Below the pieces are notes generated by a model. It saw nothing but the letters and a program-made list of their open reading frames with translations, was not told where the DNA came from and ran no database searches. The position numbers and the translations under genes are program-made. Below, one piece after another: positions 59,403 to 64,000 of a stretch of 64,000 bases of DNA; the stretch's first letter is position 1; each line of letters begins with the position of its first letter. This DNA comes from Akkermansiaceae bacterium (GTDB lineage: Bacteria > Verrucomicrobiota > Verrucomicrobiia > Verrucomicrobiales > Akkermansiaceae). The stretch covers positions 196,923 to 260,922 of the forward strand of contig JACKQB010000004.1 of assembly GCA_024233115.1 (NCBI GenBank), read 5' to 3'.

Positions 59403-60782
59403 GTGACCAGCACCGATCTCACCACCGGACTTGGCTCGTTATTACGCGCTGAGCAGATATCCACCGCCGAAGACGTCCTCGCAGAACACGCCTCCGACAA
59501 ATGGCACGCCTCCGCGCTGGCGGACGTGGTCGTTTTCCCCGAGACCACCGAGGATGTCTCCAAAGTCATCCGTTTCGCTTCGGCAAAAAACATCCCGGTT
59601 TACACCCGCGCCGCCGGCACCGGCCACATCGGCGGCTGCGTCCCGGTCAAGGGCGGCATCCTCGTCTCCATGATGCGCATGAACCGCATCCTGGAAGTCA
59701 ACCCCGCCGATGGTGTCTGCGTCACCCAGCCGGGTGTCATCACCGGCGAGCTCCAGAATGCCGTTAGAAAACACGGATGGTATTACCCACCCGATCCCGC
59801 GTCCCTGAAGGAGTGCACCATCGGCGGCAACATCGCCACCAACGCCGGCGGCCCGCGCTGCCTGAAATACGGTGTTACCAAACAGTATGTGTTAGGCCTC
59901 GAGGTCGTGCTCGCGTCGGGCGAGGTCCTGCGCACCGGTGGCCGCTGCCACAAAAACTCCACCGGCTTCGATCTCACCTCGCTCATGGTCGGCTCCGAGG
60001 GCATGCTGGGCATCGTCACCGAGATCACCGTCCGACTCATCCCGCACCCGCAGACCCGCGCCATGCTCGGCGCCTCCTTCCCCGACTTCGCGGCCGCCGC
60101 CGCCGCCGTGCAGGCAATCCTCGATTCCGGCACCCTGCCGTCCGCCCTGGAAATCACCGACGGATTCACCATGGCCGCAGCCCGCGATTACCTCGGCGCC
60201 GATAAACTCCCCCCCGGCGACGCCTACCTGATGATCGAAATCGACGGCAACACCGAGACCGTCGCCCGCGAACTCCCCGCCCTACGCGACTTCTTGTTAG
60301 AACACAGGGCACTGCGCATCGATGAGGCACCGGACGAGCCGGCCTGCGAGCAAATCTGGCAGCTCCGCCGCGATTTCTCCTACTCACTCAAACACACCGG
60401 CCTGACCAAACTCAACGAGGACATCGTCGTCCCCCGCTCCAAACTGGTCGATCTCGTCAACTTCGCCAGCCAGCTCCAGCAGGAAACCGGCATCCCGGTC
60501 GCCTGCTTCGGCCACGCCGGCGACGGCAACATCCACACCAACATCATGGTGGAAAACTACGCCGACCCCGAGATTAAAAAGAAAGCCGACACCGCCCTCG
60601 ACCGACTCTTCACCTGGGTCATCGAAAACAACGGCGTCATCTCCGGCGAACACGGCATCGGCCTCGCCAAAAAACCCTGGATCCGCCAGGCCCTCGGCGA
60701 CCTGTCCATGGATACTCATCAAGCGATCAAAAAAGCCCTCGACCCCCAAAATATCCTCAACCCGGGAAAATTTCTAGATTAA
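59403..60782 (+). CDS. FAD-binding oxidoreductase (GlcD / D-lactate dehydrogenase family)
   Basis: It has an FAD_binding_4 region ('VVFPETTEDVSKVIRFA', 'RAAGTGHIGG') and the C-terminal 'ISGEHGIGLAK' and 'DPQNILNPGK'. The start is GTG. Confidence 0.85.
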   Translation: MTSTDLTTGLGSLLRAEQISTAEDVLAEHASDKWHASALADVVVFPETTEDVSKVIRFASAKNIPVYTRAAGTGHIGGCVPVKGGILVSMMRMNRILEVNPADGVCVTQPGVITGELQNAVRKHGWYYPPDPASLKECTIGGNIATNAGGPRCLKYGVTKQYVLGLEVVLASGEVLRTGGRCHKNSTGFDLTSLMVGSEGMLGIVTEITVRLIPHPQTRAMLGASFPDFAAAAAAVQAILDSGTLPSALEITDGFTMAAARDYLGADKLPPGDAYLMIEIDGNTETVARELPALRDFLLEHRALRIDEAPDEPACEQIWQLRRDFSYSLKHTGLTKLNEDIVVPRSKLVDLVNFASQLQQETGIPVACFGHAGDGNIHTNIMVENYADPEIKKKADTALDRLFTWVIENNGVISGEHGIGLAKKPWIRQALGDLSMDTHQAIKKALDPQNILNPGKFLD

Positions 60783-60868
60783 CCCATAAGTCCTACCGTG
60801 TCCTGCGTAGCCTCGGCGAAGTAGGATAGGACCCATCAGACCTATTCTTCACCATCCACCCCCACCCC

Positions 60869-61186
60869 ATGAACCTCCAAGTATCCGTCGAAATCCCGGA
60901 ATCCCCGGCCGGGGACCCACCTGCCGACCCATACTGGCTCGACCGCATCTCCAACACCTTCCCCCAGGTCGACCCCGGAACAATCACCACCCTCACCCAG
61001 ACCCAAGCGGTCTCCTTCTACTACAGCATGCTCAATGGCGAAACAATCATGCAGGACACCATCAACCGAATCGCCGACATGATCGCCGGGAACAACCAGC
61101 TGATCGACGACTTGCTGGAAAAAAACAACTCCAACACCGGAATCGCCGTCGCCCTCGGCGCCCTGCTCGGCATCACCCTCTCCTGA
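60869..61186 (+). CDS. Hypothetical protein with a C-terminal hydrophobic tail
   Basis: Only the ORF and a C-terminal 'IAVALGALLGITLS' support it. I recognise no family, so coding status is uncertain. Confidence 0.35.
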   Translation: MNLQVSVEIPESPAGDPPADPYWLDRISNTFPQVDPGTITTLTQTQAVSFYYSMLNGETIMQDTINRIADMIAGNNQLIDDLLEKNNSNTGIAVALGALLGITLS

Positions 61187-61365
61187 TCACCCACCATCCT
61201 AACGAACCTCATTTTACAACAATTTCAGGCTTCATTCCAGCTCACTCACCAGACAAACTCGATATCCGCGTAGGCCCCTACACCTGAAACCCACCACCGT
61301 CCGCACCCAAGCACCGCCACAGCCCGTCCCTCCATCTTTTAATCCTTCATCGCTTCATTCTAAAC

Positions 61366-62994
61366 ATGCCCACACTCAATTGGATCGGTAAAGACGCCGT
61401 CATTCGCCACCACAAGGACGTTCCCTTCCGCCTGCTGGAAGCCGATGCAAAACTTTCCCACAGCTCCGGCGGCGACGACGACGGAAACCTCATCGTCCAG
61501 GGCGATAACCTGCACGCCCTCAAGGCCCTGCTGCCAAAGTACGCCGGCAAGGTGAAGTGCATCTACATCGATCCCCCGTATAACACCGGCAACGAGGGCT
61601 GGGTCTATAACGACAAGGTCAACGCCCCCGAGATCAAGAAATGGCTCGGCGAAACCGTTGGAAAAGAGGCCGAGGATCTGTCGCGCCACGATAAATGGCT
61701 GTGCATGATGTACCCTAGAATGGTTTTGCTGAAACAATTCCTAACAGAGGATGGCGCGATCTTTGTGAGTATTGATGATAATGAAGTGGCGAGTTTGAGG
61801 CTGCTGATGGATGAGATTTTTGGGAAAAAGAATTTTATCACAACCGCAATATGGCAAAAAGTGTTTGCTCCTAAAAACTCCGCTAGGCACCTCTCCGAAG
61901 ATCATGATTATGTAGTTGTTTACGCAACCAGTAGTGAGAAGTGGACTCTCAATCTACTACCTAGAAGTGAAGAAGCCCAAAAGCGTTATAAAAATCCAGA
62001 TGACGATGTGAGAGGAGCATGGACATCTGGTGATATTCAAGCACGCAACTATTATTCAGAAGGAACCTATTCTATAAAATGTCCTAGTGGCCGCATAATA
62101 TCGGGACCGGGCAAAGGAATGTATTGGCGAGTTTCTAAGCAAAAATTCAATGAGCTAGACAACGACAATCGTATTTGGTGGGGTGAGAACGGTGATAATA
62201 TGCCTCGCTTAAAAAGATTCTTATCGGAAGTAAAAGACGGGGTGACGCCTCAAACCCTCTGGTTGCATAAAGAAGTTGGGCACACGCAAGAAGCAAAGAA
62301 GGAACTCTTGGAAGCGGTTCAGTTTGACCACTCGGATGATGTATTCATCACCCCCAAACCAACGCGCCTTATCGAACGCATTCTCCAAATCGCCACCGAC
62401 AAAGACTCCATCATCCTCGACTCCTTCGCCGGCTCCGGCACCACTGGCCATGCCGTGCTGAAGCAGAACGCGGAGGACGGCGGCAATCGCAAGTTCATCC
62501 TCGTCGAGATGGAGGAAAACATCGCCCAGACGATCACCGCCGAGCGCGTGAAACGTGTTGCACAAGGTTACAAAGACGCCAAGGGCAAGAAGGTGACCGG
62601 ACTCGGCGGCGGTTTCCAGTTTTGCCACCTCAGCGACGAGCCATTGTTCAATGAGTTTGGCGATATCCGTGATGACGTCAGCTTTGCCCAGCTGGCGGAC
62701 TTCGTCTGGTTCAGCGAGACCGGGCTAGGTAGGGACGGCTGTCCCAGCCGTCCGGCAGAGGGAACCCCCCTCCTAGGCATCCACGATGGCCGCGCGATCT
62801 ATCTCCTGTTCAACGGCATCCTAGGCGACCGCCGACCCGACGGCGGCAACATCCTCACCCGTCCGATCCTCGACGAACTCCCCGCCCACGATGGCCCCAA
62901 AACCATCTACGCCGCCGCCACCCGTCTCGGCGAACAAAGCCTCCAACGCGAACAAATCACCTTCAAACAAACCCCCTACGCCATCGAAGTCTAA
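61366..62994 (+). CDS. Site-specific DNA methyltransferase, type III Mod-like (beta-class N6A/N4C)
   Basis: The catalytic motif IV 'IDPPYNTGN' is near the N-terminus and the AdoMet motif I 'DSFAGSGTTGHA' is in the C-terminal third. This IV->TRD->I order is as in Mod subunits. The product is 542 aa. Confidence 0.85.
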   Translation: MPTLNWIGKDAVIRHHKDVPFRLLEADAKLSHSSGGDDDGNLIVQGDNLHALKALLPKYAGKVKCIYIDPPYNTGNEGWVYNDKVNAPEIKKWLGETVGKEAEDLSRHDKWLCMMYPRMVLLKQFLTEDGAIFVSIDDNEVASLRLLMDEIFGKKNFITTAIWQKVFAPKNSARHLSEDHDYVVVYATSSEKWTLNLLPRSEEAQKRYKNPDDDVRGAWTSGDIQARNYYSEGTYSIKCPSGRIISGPGKGMYWRVSKQKFNELDNDNRIWWGENGDNMPRLKRFLSEVKDGVTPQTLWLHKEVGHTQEAKKELLEAVQFDHSDDVFITPKPTRLIERILQIATDKDSIILDSFAGSGTTGHAVLKQNAEDGGNRKFILVEMEENIAQTITAERVKRVAQGYKDAKGKKVTGLGGGFQFCHLSDEPLFNEFGDIRDDVSFAQLADFVWFSETGLGRDGCPSRPAEGTPLLGIHDGRAIYLLFNGILGDRRPDGGNILTRPILDELPAHDGPKTIYAAATRLGEQSLQREQITFKQTPYAIEV

Positions 62995-63872
62995 TGTCAG
63001 ATAGAGATAAAGAATACATCCTTTTCTGTGATGAATCTGAAAAGAAGGGGAGCTTCTTCTCCAACTTTTATGGAGGCGTGATGGTGGGTAGCAGCCAATG
63101 GGATGCTGTTGTTTCCAGACTGCAAAAAACGGCGCAGGCTGCTGGAATCCGTTCTGAGGTGAAGTGGTCCAAAGTTGGCCCAATGGAACTTGAGGCATAC
63201 AAAGAGCTGCTGGCGGCGTATTTTGATGAAATCCAAGCCGGAGTTCTCAAGATGCGCGTCATGTTCCGACAAAATGCCCAGGTGCCACAAAACCTCACTT
63301 CCGAGCAACGCAAGGATGAGTATTTCCTCCTCTACTATCAGTTCCTAAAACATGGCTTCGGACTGCATCACATGCCGGATCATTCGCCGGAGGGAGTTAG
63401 CTTGCGCCTCTACCTCGACAAACTCCCAAACCAGAATCGCGAAAGCAAAGAGAGGTTTCGTGGCCACATCGCGGCTCTATCTCAGAATGCGAGACTCCGC
63501 AGAAAGGGGCTTACCATACTTCCGGAAAACATCACGGATGTTGATTCCAAAAGCCACGTCCTCCTGCAATGCATGGATGTGGTTCTTGGCTCCGTCGCCT
63601 TCCGTCTGAACGACAAACACAAAATCAAGCCCGAGGGCAGCTATTACCGGGGTAAACGCACGGTGGCCAAGGAAGACCTCTACAATTTCATCCGAAAGCA
63701 AATTATCCGGGTGACTGGCAAGGCGAATTTCAATGTTGGCGTAACAACGTCACCAAGCAGTTACCCAGACGGCAGGTGGCAAGATGGCTATTTGCACTGG
63801 AAATTTAAATCCAAAGACCACGAATTTGACTCAACCCGGACAAAAAACCACAAAAAGAAAGGCCCCATCTGA
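62994..63872 (+). CDS. DUF3800-like protein (unknown function), translationally coupled to the methyltransferase
   Basis: Its ATG overlaps the Mod stop (TAATG). 'YILFCDESEKKG', 'EVKWSKV' and 'LLQCMDVVLGSVAFRL' resemble the DES / E.KW / Q..D motifs of DUF3800. There are no helicase or Res motifs. It is AT-richer than the host genes. Confidence 0.55.
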   Translation: MSDRDKEYILFCDESEKKGSFFSNFYGGVMVGSSQWDAVVSRLQKTAQAAGIRSEVKWSKVGPMELEAYKELLAAYFDEIQAGVLKMRVMFRQNAQVPQNLTSEQRKDEYFLLYYQFLKHGFGLHHMPDHSPEGVSLRLYLDKLPNQNRESKERFRGHIAALSQNARLRRKGLTILPENITDVDSKSHVLLQCMDVVLGSVAFRLNDKHKIKPEGSYYRGKRTVAKEDLYNFIRKQIIRVTGKANFNVGVTTSPSSYPDGRWQDGYLHWKFKSKDHEFDSTRTKNHKKKGPI

Positions 63873-64000
63873 CCTAATGAGTCTCTGACGCGCCGCGTCA
63901 GGATTCGGTCAAGACAGAGCCTTGTGCGCGTAATAAACCACATACTCGGACTGTAATCAACCTGTTTTTCCATTTCAGTCTATCCTACTGCATAGAACCA

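Noticed and set aside
63885-63901. Hairpin 'ctgacgcg-c-cgcgtcag' 13 nt after the DUF3800-like gene stop.
   Set aside because: It is a plausible transcript-end structure, but it has a very short loop and no T-run, so I did not call it a terminator.
60820-63991. Inverted 10-mer 'agtaggatag' (60820-60829) and 'ctatcctact' (63981-63990) flanking the hypothetical/MTase/DUF3800 block. Also the locally self-complementary 'tcctac...gtagga' and 'cccat.ag.ccta' half-repeats at 60783-60845.
   Set aside because: An exact 10-mer match somewhere in 64 kb on both strands is not improbable by chance, and the match does not extend cleanly. This is insufficient to claim terminal inverted repeats of a mobile element.

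Overview
This is a 64-kb chromosomal window, G+C-rich by eye. It is probably from a Verrucomicrobiota-like bacterium; that is an inference from two PEP-CTERM proteins, prepilin-type N-terminal proteins, DUF1573, a zinc-ribbon/Pro-rich protein and mcsA-mcsB-clpC. Most of the window is housekeeping: gluQ, trmO, holA, galK, dnaE, recG, recJ, lpxK, rph, tadA, rpe, an ECF sigma/anti-sigma operon and two XylR-like AraC regulators. Three regions stand out. (1) At 2.3-7.8 kb a Znu/Mnt/Tro-type metal ABC operon is expanded by a membrane-anchored 158-aa protein and two tandem His-rich secreted paralogs that may be outer-membrane barrels. (2) At about 18.4-26.4 kb there is a compositionally atypical island. 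A 5.3-kb insert (Abi/HEPN-like gene, sensor kinase, NarL-type regulator, PEP-CTERM protein) is bracketed by about 98%-identical direct repeats, which duplicate the 3' end of an ankyrin-lipoprotein gene plus a 145-nt non-coding module. Two separated fragments of a group II intron lie in and next to it. (3) At 61.4-63.9 kb a type III Mod-like DNA methyltransferase with a visibly AT-richer central block is translationally coupled (TAATG) to a DUF3800-like protein instead of a Res subunit. This is my best candidate for an undescribed two-gene defence-like module, and it may continue beyond the window end. I found no rRNA, tRNA or CRISPR array. Many long antisense ORFs in the track look like high-GC shadow ORFs and were not called.
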